A stretch of DNA of 63,175 nt, counting the filler, from Octopus bimaculoides (taxonomy: Eukaryota): assembly GCF_001194135.2 (NCBI RefSeq). It is 7 parts of 7 records of this genome, joined end to end, with 100 filler letters (N's around TTAATTAATTAA, not from the genome) between each part and the next. Parts side by side here need not be neighbours in the genome. Positions count along the whole stretch, not along the records: positions 1 to 10,658 come from NC_068997.1; positions 10,759 to 29,681 come from NC_068995.1; 5 more parts are not named here. One strand, given 5' to 3'. Position 1 is the stretch's first letter, and every line of letters begins with the position of its first letter. This document shows, piece by piece, positions 1-13,740 of the stretch. The translations under genes and the position numbers were made by a program. Below the pieces are notes generated by a model that saw only the letters and a list, made by a program, of their open reading frames with translations, was not told where the DNA came from and ran no database searches.

Positions 1-16
1 GATCCCTTTTGATCGG

Positions 17-98
17 ATTTTTTTTTTTTTTTTAAAGAAAAGCTCTACAGTTGTATTTGTCCCCTCTGTGTGCAGCCCTATGTGGCTAATAAAAGAAA
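17..98 (+). mobile_element. Short retroelement 3'-end fragment (Tx1-like family A) running into a TATC/TGTC microsatellite
   Basis: AAAGCTCTACAGTTGTATTTGTCCCCTCTGTGTGCAGCCCTATGTGGCTAATAAAAGAAA; nearly identical copy at 9321-9405 (minus) and a diverged copy at 8688-8751 (minus). Confidence 0.6.
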
Positions 99-106
99 GT
101 TATCTA

Positions 107-143
<37 letters not shown>

Positions 144-288
144 TTCTCTATCTGTCTGTCTGTTTCTCTGTCTGTCTGTCTGTCTGATAGTCTGACTATC
201 TGTCAGTCTGCCTGCCTATCTCTGTGCTTGTCTATGTATGTATATATGTATGTATGTATGTATTCATGTACATTTCCATCTAATTCAA

Positions 289-328
<40 letters not shown>

Positions 329-610
329 AGCGTGTGCGTGTGTGTTTGGGTGTTGTGATGTTGGTATACACACCTTGTGTAAAATAGTATTACACAAATA
401 AATAGTTGATTGAGGCTATCTAAAATAAGCTATCGCACACAGATGCAACGCTATATATATACATTATATACATATGAATGCATAAAAATATAGCCATGTG
501 GTATATTTAAGTCCGTTTCATATCCTCATCGTTTTGGGTTCAATCTCACTGCACAGAACTTCAATTCATTTCCACTATAGTCCAGCCTGTCACATTCCGT
601 ATTTATTTAA

Positions 611-816
611 CCCTTTAGCATTCTTACTTATCAAACAGAATGCTTATTTATAGATATTATTTTGAATTAATTACGCATTATCTTGTAGCTTGAAGATTTC
701 GAATATAGATATATATTTTTTTTTTAGAATGAAATTGTAGGATCGGTGTGATAGGGGACATACGGCCAGTTTGATCATAAAACTGTATGACTATTTCGGT
801 CAGATATGCTAAGGTG
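611..816. mobile_element. piggyBac-like MITE
   Basis: TTAA|CCCTTTAGCAT at the left end and ATGCTAAGGTG|TTAA at the right end: imperfect TIRs, both flanked by TTAA. Confidence 0.55.
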
Positions 817-1391
817 TTAAAATTTACTGTGAAAATCTGATGTAGCAGTCTTAGATCTCAAAGCTTATTTGAATCTATCTCTGTCCTCTCCACCAACTAA
901 AGAATTCCTTATGAATTTACACTTTCTTTCAGAGGTATCGATTCTGAAAGTAATTAAGACATATTTGGAAATGTAGTCTCCGAGGAAGAAACGCTATGTC
1001 TTTGACAATATATCTCCTCAATGAGGATTAACTTGGAACTAAACAAAATATGTAACGTAAAATACTCTGCTTCATTTCAAGACTTCTCCATGACAGAATC
1101 GCTAGAATATTAGATTAAGAATTTGAATATACTTCTTAGATATTCCGTGTTAAAAACTCACGCAATATATATCGAGAGGAGATGCATGCGTGTACTAATA
1201 TACGCATATACATGCATACATATGTATATATATGTGTGTATGTGTGTGTATATACATGTATTTATGAATGATTGTGTGTATATGATTATATTCTATCTTT
1301 CAATCTATCTGTTTATCTGTCTTTCTATTTATCGATAAATATATATGTATGCATATGTGTGTGTATGTATATATGTATGTTTGTATGTATG

Positions 1392-1436
<45 letters not shown>

Positions 1437-2264
1437 NNNNNNNNNNNNNNNNNNNNNNNNNNNNNNNNNNNNNNNNNNNNNNNNNNNNNNNNNNNNNNNN
1501 NNNNNNNNNNNNNNNNNNNNNNNNNNNNNNNNNNNNNNNNNNNNNNNNNNNNNNNNNNNNNNNNNNNNNNNNNNNNNNNNNNNNNNNNNNNNNNNNNNNN
1601 NNNNNNNNNNNNNNNNNNNNNNNNNNNNNNNNNNNNNNNNNNNNNNNNNNNNNNNNNNNNNNNNNNNNNNNNNNNNNNNNNNNNNNNNNNNNNNNNNNNN
1701 NNNNNNNNNNNNNNNNNNNNNNNNNNNNNNNNNNNNNNNNNNNNNNNNNNNNNNNNNNNNNNNNNNNNNNNNNNNNNNNNNNNNNNNNNNNNNNNNNNNN
1801 NNNNNNNNNNNNNNNNNNNNNNNNNNNNNNNNNNNNNNNNNNNNNNNNNNNNNNNNNNNNNNNNNNNNNNNNNNNNNNNNNNNNNNNNNNNNNNNNNNNN
1901 NNNNNNNNNNNNNNNNNNNNNNNNNNNNNNNNNNNNNNNNNNNNNNNNNNNNNNNNNNNNNNNNNNNNNNNNNNNNNNNNNNNNNNNNNNNNNNNNNNNN
2001 NNNNNNNNNNNNNNNNNNNNNNNNNNNNNNNNNNNNNNNNNNNNNNNNNNNNNNNNNNNNNNNNNNNNNNNNNNNNNNNNNNNNNNNNNNNNNNNNNNNN
2101 NNNNNNNNNNNNNNNNNNNNNNNNNNNNNNNNNNNNNNNNNNNNNNNNNNNNNNNNNNNNNNNNNNNNNNNNNNNNNNNNNNNNNNNNNNNNNNNNNNNN
2201 NNNNNNNNNNNNNNNNNNNNNNNNNNNNNNNNNNNNNNNNNNNNNNNNNNNNNNNNNNNNNNNN

Positions 2265-2327
<63 letters not shown>

Positions 2328-2898
2328 ATATACACACGTACATACACGCACGCATTCACACACACTTATTCATACACATGTACATACGCACACATACGTA
2401 CGCACACATACGTACGCACACAACACGGTAAATATATGACAGATGCCTGATTCTTCCACTTTGTTGTGAATATGATAAATGTTTCACGTGTTTTGTCTCA
2501 GTGTATCTCTCTCTATGATCTCGTGTGAGACTGCTTATATACATACATAAATATACATACATGACTAGACCGACGAACATTTATATATGGGTGTATTTAA
2601 ATATCTAAGTGCGTACGTCTGTGTATACTTTGTTCCCATTATGAACTTACTAACCTTAATTCTTCAAAGTAATCCAAGTACAGATGCGAACACAAATATA
2701 AAAATAGAAAACTATAAACCAAAAACAGGAAGCATTCAATATATATATTTCAAGAACGGCAGGATTTCTTGTACTTACTCTTTCAATGTTCCTGATTATT
2801 TAAGAAATTGATAATATTTTCTTGGGTGCATAAGTTAACTGGTTTTTCAAATATAAATATGTATGTGTATGTGTGTGTGTTTGTACGTATATGTGTAT

Positions 2899-2944
<46 letters not shown>

Positions 2945-3121
2945 CACACACGCATATATAATTCAAATGATAAGAAGAAGACAAAGAAAATTCTTTAATA
3001 TAACTTTAATGATTTGTTACAATTGTTTCTGTACCAACTCTACTTGCAATGACAGTTAACGCAAAAATTCAAAGTGAAAATTTACGTAATGTTTGTGGTT
3101 TTCGACGTTAGAGAGGTACTT

Positions 3122-3160
<39 letters not shown>

Positions 3161-3348
3161 CCATGTTTAGATACATAAATCTTACAATTAGGTGTCAGTG
3201 TATTTCAAAACGTTTAAATGTTTGTGAAATCAAATGTTGAAAAGCTATTTAAACGTTAACCTGTCAGGTATATATTTTAACTTATCAGGTATATATTTTG
3301 TCTTTCAAAATTGTGTATTTACATACAAGATTAAATAATAAAATAAAC

Positions 3349-3386
<38 letters not shown>

Positions 3387-3461
3387 CTGTATGCAGAAAG
3401 TGTATGTGTATAAATATATATATATGTGTGCGCACGCGCACTCACACATATATATCACACT

Positions 3462-3500
<39 letters not shown>

Positions 3501-3682
3501 GTGTATATACACGCCTACCTGCTTTTGTAATATATTTTTTGTTTTCTTTCCAAATACCATTTTGATTTTTGTCATCGGTTTCCCGTCTCTCCTGAATTTT
3601 CTAGACACTTCTCTAGCTGTCTGTCTATCTGTCTGCCTGTCTAGCTATATGTCTATCTGTCTGTCTGTCTTTCTGTCGTCTG

Positions 3683-3731
<49 letters not shown>

Positions 3732-3804
3732 GATAATCTTTCTATATTTCTATCTTTTCTCCATCACTCCTCCTCATTTCTTACTGCTTTCTACTTCCTT
3801 CTGC

Positions 3805-3878
<74 letters not shown>

Positions 3879-5289
3879 TCTCTCTCCTCCTCTCTCTCCC
3901 CCTTTTTTGCCTCCTTTAATAGTACGAAGTTACAATGTAAACAATATGTACCCGTGTAACAAGTGTTGGCTGGAGTTCCTGACAAGGACCACCCACGCTA
4001 TGTCTCTTCCCCTCCCTCCATATCCTACGCCAAACACTCGGCTTCATGCTCCACTGTGTCGTCTCAAGACTCCACCCCTTCCTCTTACGCAGAGGGTTTT
4101 CCCTATTTCTTTCAACACACAGACATCCTAAATGTACATCGTCACTGACCTCAACCCTCTTGTAGGATGTGTATCGATTAACGATAATCGCACAATCACA
4201 TTCAATGAATTGATATAAAATATTTATATAAAATCACATGCATTTTTGTTTTTATTCATTTCAGTCATGCGAATGTGGCCAACTTCAATAACTCATTTTT
4301 TTCTGTTATAAAACCTTTTACTTACTTCATCGTCACTTTTACAGGAACGCTAATTTACAGGGACGCAAACAAACTAACACCTGTTGTCTAGAGCATACAC
4401 ACACACACATAAATGTGAGTTTACGTGTGTGTATATAGGACGGGCTTCCACACAGTTTCCGTCAAAGAATTCATACACAAGGTGTTAGTCGACTATAGCA
4501 GAAGACACTTGCCAAAGGTGACGAGCAATGAAACTGAACACGAAACTGTGTGGTTGCAAACAGCTTCAATTCAATTGCTAGCATATCTATATGTATTATT
4601 TTTGACAAATCGATATAATCTATAAGAAGAAAACCAATATCTTATATTTTTATTGATATTATGTTTTAAAACAATTATATAAATTGACAAAAATATATAT
4701 TCAGGAGTGGCTGTGTAGTAAGTATCTTGCTTCCTAACCACGCGGTTCCGCGTTCAGTCCAACTGCGTGGCACATTGGACAAGTGTCTTCTACTGCAGCC
4801 TAAAAATATGATTGAAAATCAGTCGCATATTTATTAACATTATCTTTTTTTAAATAATGTTCTATGCATATTTATATCATTTTTAAAAAATCGATATACA
4901 ATGTATGTAGAATATCATTTAATTACAGATTTATAATTAGTATTTTTTTTTAAGCAATACTGTATGAATCAGATAAATCGGTAGAGCATCAAACGAAATG
5001 CATTACAGTGCTGTATTTATTTGCGATTCTTTAGAATCTGAGTTCAAATCTCGCCTGTCATTTCAGCATTCAGGAATCGGTTATTTAACGACTCCGTCGA
5101 GTAATGAAATCGATTTAATCGATAGCACTCGCTTGTAATATTTGTGGCTCTTTCATAGCGTGGGTGAATGAGACATACCTCTCTATCTCTGATTGCGGAG
5201 TATCCTAGCTTGTCGTTTTACTCTGATTTGCTTTAAGATAAAATCTATGATTTAATTGTTAGATTTCTCACATCAATATTTCAAATACC

Positions 5290-5917
5290 GGATCTTTTTT
5301 AAAATGGGGGCCACATTTTTCATTAATGTTTTACGTAGTGTTTTTGGTAGCGAAAGACTTTCAAACTTCGTATACTTATCTATGTTGTGTTATAGAACAG
5401 AAAAATATTTGTGTATTCGAATTTATTTCATGTAAAAAATTGTCTTATTTCGATAATTTCAACCAATCACTGACAAGTATTCAGTTGTTTACATTTACTC
5501 CTTTGGCTCACTAAGCGATGTAAAGCGTATTTAATCTCCATACCTTCGTTTTATTTGCTTTTTTCATTTTAAATTTGCTTTAACCCTAACCCTAACCCTA
5601 ACCCTAACCCTAACCCTAACCCTAACCCTAACCCTAAGGTTAGGGTTAGGGTTAGAGTTAGGGTTAGGGTTAGGGTTAATTGTTTCAGAATCGTTTGTTT
5701 ATGTAGTCGGCACTTAATGTATATCGGCTGAATGGACGTCAGTGATTGGTTGAAATTACAGAAATACGACAACTTTAACATGGAATAATTTATGGATTTC
5801 TTTTTTTTTAAAGAAGACTAAGAGAAAAAGATGTTTTATATGACACATTCTACCAGTGTTCCAAGTTTCAAAGTGTTTCGTTAATGAAAAATGTGGCCCC
5901 CGTTTTAAAAAAGATCC
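5290..5917. mobile_element. Palindromic non-autonomous DNA element (MITE-like) with a telomeric-repeat core
   Basis: About 37-bp terminal inverted repeats (5290-5326 / 5881-5917) and an inner inverted pair of about 56 bp (5440-5495 / 5716-5772). Confidence 0.7.
5581..5679. repeat. Interstitial telomeric repeat, (CCCTAA)~9 followed by (TTAGGG)~6
   Basis: Read directly from sequence; one TTAGAG variant unit. Confidence 0.95.
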
Positions 5918-7507
5918 CAAATACCCTTAAGGGGGCGAGCTAACAGAATCACTTGCATGTAGGACAAATCTCTGTGTTCTGAGTTTAGATTCCGCCGATA
6001 AAATAAGTACCAGCTGAGTACTGGGGTCCTTGTAATCGATTTACCTTACCCAGAAATTGCTGGCCTTGTGCCTAAATTTGAAGCCGATATTTCGATTGTG
6101 TGTGCGTATGTATGTATGTATGTATGTGTGTGTGTGTGTGTGTGTGTGTGGTTTTCAAATAGTATCTACAGCGTGTTAACTTGGGATTCCTTAACGGCGA
6201 CGTAACCTTCATATAATTAAGGTATCTTCGGTCCGATAAATAGCTGGCTATGTACCCCTCGCTAAGTAATTATAACACCAGACGGTCTGCTAGCTAGGAA
6301 ACATATGCAGACTGGATTTTACTTGTTCTACTCCCTCAGTTTGGATCTTTATTTACATTCAGGTTGATAATGCACCAATTCACATAGCTATCGAGGAATT
6401 CCATGCCGAAAACCATTTCAGAATCGAAGAACCCATCTTTTACCAAGAACAGGATAATGCACCTTTGTTCTATATTATTCAACTTGTTTTCAATTTTTGA
6501 TAACTTGTCTGCTATTTCTAGCAGATTGGGCGACCTAACCGACAGCCCATATAGTAGTGGTGGTGATGGTGTTGGTGATGTGGTTGGTAAGAGAGAAATG
6601 AGGAGGTGTGTTAGTGGTAGTAGAGGTGCAGTGAGGAGGTATGTTAGTGGTAGTAGAGGTGAAGTGGGGGGTCGGTTCCTGCTTCCTACCTCAAGGGAAT
6701 TCTTCGTTATTTTGGAATTCGCAAATATACGAATATCTGTCCATATTTGAATGGAAGGTTCAGTGACGGGGAGTGGTGTAAGATAGGGTTTAAGGGAAAG
6801 GAGCAACAACAGAAGAGTACCAGTAATAGTAGTAATGGTGGTGGTGGTGGTGATGCTGGTTTTGGTGGCGATGCTGTTGTTGTTGTTGGTGGTGGTGGTG
6901 GTAGTAGCAGTAGTACTAAAAAGAAAAAAAAAAGAGGAGGACATGAGAAGGGAGAGGAGGAAATTGGGAGGAGGAAGGAGAGACGGAAGAGAAGAAAACA
7001 AAATCAAGAACAATAAGATGTGGAGGACGAAGACCATAGCACCGGCATCAACAAAAGTTGATTTATTGCAAAGCACTCCCAATTCATTTTTGTCTCAGTT
7101 CCGACCACCACCACCAACACCATCACCACTAACAACAACAACAAGATTACAACCTCTTCACCACCACAACCAGTACAAACAAAACAAGAACAACAACAGC
7201 GACAACAATAACAACATTTACCACGTGAAAATCTCCTACCAAAATAATCCCACACTCTTTTAGAGACACCTTCCTACCTCGACACAGCAACAGCCATCAC
7301 CATTGCCACCACCTACACCACAGTCACTACAACACAGAACAACCATCTTCGCCATCGTCACCATAAATGCCTCTGATGCTTGCTACTGTCGCCATTTTCC
7401 CCTCACATCCGGTCATCTGGATGGTATTATAAGTGGGCATTAGTTCATTCATTCAAAGACAAGAAACTATTGAATAGCGGCAGAATATGTATGGTCACAT
7501 TATTATT

Positions 7508-7549
<42 letters not shown>

Positions 7550-7555
7550 TATTAT

Positions 7556-7596
<41 letters not shown>

Positions 7597-7621
7597 CAAC
7601 AACAACAATAATAATAACAAA

Positions 7622-8665
7622 AATGGTGGAGCAAAGGAACCATGGTGGAAACGACGTATTGAAAGGGACATAATGCGGGCAAGACAAGATCTAGGAAAAA
7701 ATTGAGCAATGGTTAAGAGGAAAATGGAAAAATGAGAAAAAGACCGACCGAGAAAAATTAGAGAGGAAAGATAGAATACGGAAGAACGGGGTTGATGCAG
7801 TAATAGAGCAGTTATAACAGAGGATCATAGCCAAAACCCAGGAGATCAGATTTATGAATAGAAATAAGCAGTTCGAGGAGAACAGATTGTTCGAAACTAA
7901 ACCGAAGCAATTCTTCCGAACGTTAGAAGGAGACAATGGGGAAAATGTTGCTCCTGATGCAAATCAAGCCAATGGAGTTCTGGAGCGGATTATGGGGAAA
8001 CAATGTGTTGCATGAAAGGGATGCACTATGGATAAGAACTATCAAGACAGAATTACAAGGAGGAAAGAAACAGAGGAATACTGTCATAAGCACGGTTGAT
8101 GTAAAGGAACAAATGGGTGGGAAGAAAGGCCCATCACTGAACCATCTTCTGTTTATGGATGACCTGAAATTGTTTGGGAAATCTGAAAAACAGATAGATC
8201 CCTCAACCAAAACAGTGCAGAAGTGTGGTAGGGACATCGGTATGGAATTTGGGATTACCAAATGCTCGGTTCTTATTATGAAAAGAAGATTGCGGTTACT
8301 ATCAGGAGAGACCATGGGTGAATCCGACGGTAGTAGGTATAGATATTTAGGGATTTTGGAGCTGGATGACAGTCTACGGACAAATGAAAGTCGGGGTCAG
8401 CGAGGCGTATCAAAAAAGGATGAAGATGATGTTGAAATCCAACCTGAATGCCAAAAGTTTGATTATCGCAATGAATATCTGGGCAGTTGCAGTGGTCAGA
8501 TATAGTGCGTCCAATCCTCAAATGGACTAAGGAGGAAATATCAACACTGCATAGAAGGACGAGAAAGTTGATGACGCTGCATGGGGCGCTACACCCTAAA
8601 GCAAACGTAAACAGACTATATGAAAAGAAAGAATGGTGGCAGAGGACTAATAGACCATTGTATAA
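7622..8665 (+). mobile_element. Decayed R4/Dong-clade non-LTR retrotransposon, internally deleted
   Basis: Translates in pieces to KEPWWKRRIERDI...NRLFETKPKQFFRTL, NHLLFMDDLKLFGKSE...DIGMEFGITKC (RT YADD-equivalent FMDD), YRYLGILE, and LHRRTRKLMTLHGALHPKANVNRLY. Stops and frameshifts present. Confidence 0.85.
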
Positions 8666-8753
8666 GGGATAGATAGATAGATAGATATCTTTTTATTATA
8701 GCCACACAGGGCTAAATACAGAAAATGGACAAATTACAAAGTAGAGCTTTTGG

Positions 8754-8822
<69 letters not shown>

Positions 8823-9255
8823 CATTAAGAAAAACGATAGATAATACCACTGGGCATTTTTACTTGGAGTCGTAAATACTCAATACATAGTTGCCTAAGC
8901 CAGATAACATTTTAAGTTTCGTATATGTTGTTATATGCCTACAACGTCACGTGTGCAGAGTGAAACAGATGTGTAAGTGAATGTGAGTGTATTTGAGTGT
9001 ATGTATTTGTGTGTACGTATATTAGTATGTACGCTAGTAATTGTTTAACTATGGATTTTTGTTTAGAAGCATTAGCGTACGCAATTGTGTATGAATGAAG
9101 GTTTTTGTTAATCTACATACGGACATACATGTGTTTTTTGTCTTGCAGTATGTGAGTGATTGGTTTTTGTTTCTAGATAAACAGTGGCGAATACATCCTT
9201 ACATATACATTATATACATACATACATACATACATATATACAGATAGATAAATAA

Positions 9256-9319
<64 letters not shown>

Positions 9320-9501
9320 CTTTCTTTTATTAGCCACACAGGGCTGCACACAGAGGGGACAAATACAATTGTAGAGCTTTTCTTTAAAAAAAAAAAAGAA
9401 AAAAAGGTAGATAGATGGATAAATATATACGCAGATAGATAGGTATGGATACATATATATATGCGTGTATATATACACACAAATACATGCGTAATACACA
9501 C

Positions 9502-9533
<32 letters not shown>

Positions 9534-10237
9534 ACAAATATCTATCTATCTATCTCTGTGTATATATATATATATANNNNNNNNNNNNNNNNNNNNNNNN
9601 NNNNNNNNNNNNNNNNNNNNNNNNNNNNNNNNNNNNNNNNNNNNNNNNNNNNNNNNNNNNNNNNNNNNNNNNNNNNNNNNNNNNNNNNNNNNNNNNNNNN
9701 NNNNNNNNNNNNNNNNNNNNNNNNNNNNNNNNNNNNNNNNNNNNNNNNNNNNNNNNNNNNNNNNNNNNNNNNNNNNNNNNNNNNNNNNNNNNNNNNNNNN
9801 NNNNNNNNNNNNNNNNNNNNNNNNNNNNNNNNNNNNNNNNNNNNNNNNNNNNNNNNNNNNNNNNNNNNNNNNNNNNNNNNNNNNNNNNNNNNNNNNNNNN
9901 NNNNNNNNNNNNNNNNNNNNNNNNNNNNNNNNNNNNNNNNNNNNNNNNNNNNNNNNNNNNNNNNNNNNNNNNNNNNNNNNNNNNNNNNNNNNNNNNNNNN
10001 NNNNNNNNNNNNNNNNNNNNNNNNNNNNNNNNNNNNNNNNNNNNNNNNNNNNNNNNNNNNNNNNNNNNNNNNNNNNNNNNNNNNNNNNNNNNNNNNNNNN
10101 NNNNNNNNNNNNNNNNNNNNNNNNNNNNNNNNNNNNNNNNNNNNNNNNNNNNNNNNNNNNNNNNNNNNNNNNNNNNNNNNNNNNNNNNNNNNNNNNNNTA
10201 TATATATATATATACATATATATATACATATAAATAT

Positions 10238-10281
<44 letters not shown>

Positions 10282-10457
10282 GCGAAAGATCACAACACGC
10301 ATTTACATGCGTGTGTGTGTGTGTACTTATATGCATATGGGTGTGTATGTACACATGTATATATCTATATACACTTGTATTCAAGGTTTCATCATTTCGT
10401 TCGTATATCTGTTGGTCTGTTTTCCTCTAACTCTCCCGTTTCTCCTGTTATACACAC

Positions 10458-10499
<42 letters not shown>

Positions 10500-10599
10500 A
10501 TTCACGGCCACACACACATATCTACATACATACACATATATGTGCACGTCTATATGTGTGCGTGTGAGCATGTAAATTTGTATGAATATGCACAACTTA

Positions 10600-10658
<59 letters not shown>

Positions 10659-10758
10659 NNNNNNNNNNNNNNNNNNNNNNNNNNNNNNNNNNNNNNNNNN
10701 NNTTAATTAATTAANNNNNNNNNNNNNNNNNNNNNNNNNNNNNNNNNNNNNNNNNNNN
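10659..10758. other. Artificial scaffold linker (44 N + TTAATTAATTAA + 44 N)
   Basis: Identical 100-nt structure occurs six times; TTAATTAATTAA gives stops in all six frames. Confidence 0.95.
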
Positions 10759-10762
10759 CTCT

Positions 10763-10830
<68 letters not shown>

Positions 10831-11985
10831 GATGCACATTTTTACAGCAGTTTTAAATGTATAAAATATTTAAAACTATAAAACATTAACTGAGAGAGAA
10901 CATAGGTAAGGGACGTTAAGTTAAACGTTGGGCAGCGTCCATGCTGGAGCACCTCTGGAATGTTTTAATTGAACAAATCGATTGCAGTAGTCAAGCTTTT
11001 ATTCCTGGCACTTATTCTGTCATTCTCTTTTGCCGAATCGCTACGTTACTGGGAGGGAATAATGTCTAACTCAGTTATCTCTACTTACATCAATGTCCAC
11101 TTTGCATTCCGTGTCATACGATAAGAAGGAAATAATATCAGATAAAGTACAAGGATTGATATAATCGATGAAACCACTCTGAAAGTGGTGCTCCTGCATG
11201 GCCGCAGGTAATGACTGACGTAGTCCAGTACTTTAACATTCCTATGATTGCACCGTGTAGGAGGAAGGGAAAGATTGATTGAACGTGATTGGTATTTATA
11301 AATACGCAGTTGAACTGGTGTCTACGGTGAAGGTAATGGTGGGAGTTGCTGGAAATGCGCTCCTGGCAGTGGCGGTTGTTATGGTGGAAGTAAGATGATG
11401 ATGATGATGATGATGGTAGTGCTGGAAGGGTCGTAAAAGGGAGGGATTGTAAAAGACCAGAGTAAAGTGCTGTAGTCAAGAACTTCACGGTTCCTGGTAA
11501 ACCATCGGAATATTAACAATATGGATATAAAATTTGTAAAGTTATATTTGGAGTGAAAGGAAGAATTGATTATATCGATTCTAGATGTTCAATTAAACCC
11601 TATGCTATCGATCTTTAAGGAAAGGAAAGCAAAGTGAATTCTCAAAAATTTATGCTCAAAACTTGAGCCAAAGTCCTGAAAAGGGAAAAAACAGTTAAGC
11701 TGTGACGTACCGTAATGACGTACACAAATAACATTCCTTGATTAAATGAAACTTACCTCATAGCTGGAGAAAGAAAACAAAAACCCTTACAGTAATTGTT
11801 AATGGCTCCCAAAGCAAAGGGGAGATAATTTCATGAAATCAAGAATTACTATCTCGAATTTAATTTACAATCTTAACTCTGTTAGTACTAAACCTCAATA
11901 ACATAGTGTGTATTCAGATATTCTTGCTCAACCGATAAAGATGTTTTATAGATAGACCAAAAGTGTTGAATATATTTTGGGCCAA

Positions 11986-12055
<70 letters not shown>

Positions 12056-12056
<1 letters not shown>

Positions 12057-12238
12057 GAAAATTCTAACTGGGTCCCACCTGCAAGGCCATGCGCTGTTTA
12101 TCTTGATATGTCACGCGCATATGGTTGTGATGCATGTGCCTGGTGTACCCTTATCAGACGGGTAGTCAGGATGGGTATATTGGACTTCGTATATTTTACC
12201 CCAGTGTCACTTTGATGGCATGCACTGCTCTCTCACTC
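12056..12238 (+). mobile_element. 5'-truncated retroelement 3' end embedded in a (TAA)n array
   Basis: About 180 bp of complex sequence ending GCACTGCTCTCTCACTC, with pure (TAA)n on both sides (about 11989-12055 and 12238-12360). Confidence 0.55.
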
Positions 12239-12361
<123 letters not shown>

Positions 12362-12419
12362 GAAAGATATATATGAACAGATGTCATAGAAATAGACAAT
12401 TGATAAATAAACAGAATCA

Positions 12420-12650
12420 CCAAGAGCGGGGCAGTTCTCTTAGGGTAATTCGAAGTAAATCTCGTGTAAAAGACCCGGATTACTCTGCCATCCCCAAGGC
12501 ATGGAAAGGGCTCTCTTCCGGTTTCTTTCGCCCTGCTTTCTTTCCTCTTAAAGAAAAGCATACTCAGAGTAGATCTATTCAGTCCCACCAGTCTTGCCAT
12601 TCTCCTCTACCTTTTGATAAACACACTAGGAGGCTGCGCTAAGGGAAATA
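12420..12650 (-). mobile_element. Tx1/L1-like ORF2 C-terminus and 3' UTR fragment
   Basis: Minus strand reads PPSVFIKR*RRMARLVGLNRSTLSMLF, resembling the FVERCVNVTRMAHVIGPTMKFRF end of the 51188-51409 ORF. Confidence 0.45.
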
Positions 12651-13740
12651 TTTGAAATTATTTTAAGTTTGAATCATGAAAAATAATGTAATCAAATAGT
12701 GTAAAACAATTTTGTGGGGTGTTCTACAGATTCTGTTATATTCTCCCCTTTAAAATAGCAATCAACCAGCCAGCCAATAGACCAGCCAACCAAAGACAAA
12801 GAAAACAAACAAACAAACAATATCGACTTAACATTGAACCAAACATTTAATCAACCAACGATATACCCAACAAACCAGACGACATTACAATGTAAACGAA
12901 ATGAAAGCCAGCTTGTAAGAAACGACAAACAAAAATAACAGCAGAAAAAAGAAAAAGATAAAAAAATTATGATAAAAAAATATTGAAAATTTAAGGAGCT
13001 TAATTTTCGTCATTAATAAATCTGTCAATGATGGAAGTTAAGAAGATTAAATGTATAACGTAGCAGCTGGATTGATATTGTTTTTGTTTAATCTGATTAA
13101 TTACACATACACACTCACGTGCATACATGCATATGTATATATGTATATATATATATATACATATATATATATTCATATAAGCATTCACACACACTGATAC
13201 CAATAAATACAATTTTTGCCGACGCAGTTAGGTACCAGNNNNNNNNNNNNNNNNNNNNNNNNNNNNNNNNNNNNNNNNNNNNNNNNNNNNNNNNNNNNNN
13301 NNNNNNNNNNNNNNNNNNNNNNNNNNNNNNNNNNNNNNNNNNNNNNNNNNNNNNNNNNNNNNNNNNNNNNNNNNNNNNNNNNNNNNNNNNNNNNNNNNNN
13401 NNNNNNNNNNNNNNNNNNNNNNNNNNNNNNNNNNNNNNNNNNNNNNNNNNNNNNNNNNNNNNNNNNNNNNNNNNNNNNNNNNNNNNNNNNNNNNNNNNNN
13501 NNNNNNNNNNNNNNNNNNNNNNNNNNNNNNNNNNNNNNNNNNNNNNNNNNNNNNNNNNNNNNNNNNNNNNNNNNNNNTATATATATATACATACATACAT
13601 ACATACATACATACATACACATACGTGATCTCATCACTAAGTATCCGGACTGTTACCATAGTAACGAAGCTGAAGCACGCAGCGTGAAGGCGCTAGGCAC
13701 AGATTAACTTGGAACTTTGCTCTGCCTGCGCACAAAGCTT

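Noticed and set aside
1272-2450. Long ORFs spanning N gaps (also near 9445-10567, 13115-13707, 41461-42063, 57183-57804 and others)
   Set aside because: They are open only because N codons and TA/TG/TATC repeats contain no stops.
5581-5679. Telomere-telomere fusion scar
   Set aside because: Orientation is CCCTAA then TTAGGG, opposite to a fusion, and the array lies inside a TIR element.
7380-7709. Poly-Ile/Asn/Tyr, poly-Ser/Thr, poly-Glu/Phe ORFs here and at 12134-12376, 19309-19812, 50284-50736, 60041-60383
   Set aside because: Translations of trinucleotide microsatellites with no domain content.
11320-11440. YGEGNGGSCWKCAPGSGGCYGG peptide resembling a Gly/Cys-rich structural protein
   Set aside because: Short, bounded by stops, no start or usable splice sites; fits a decayed GGT-type repeat.
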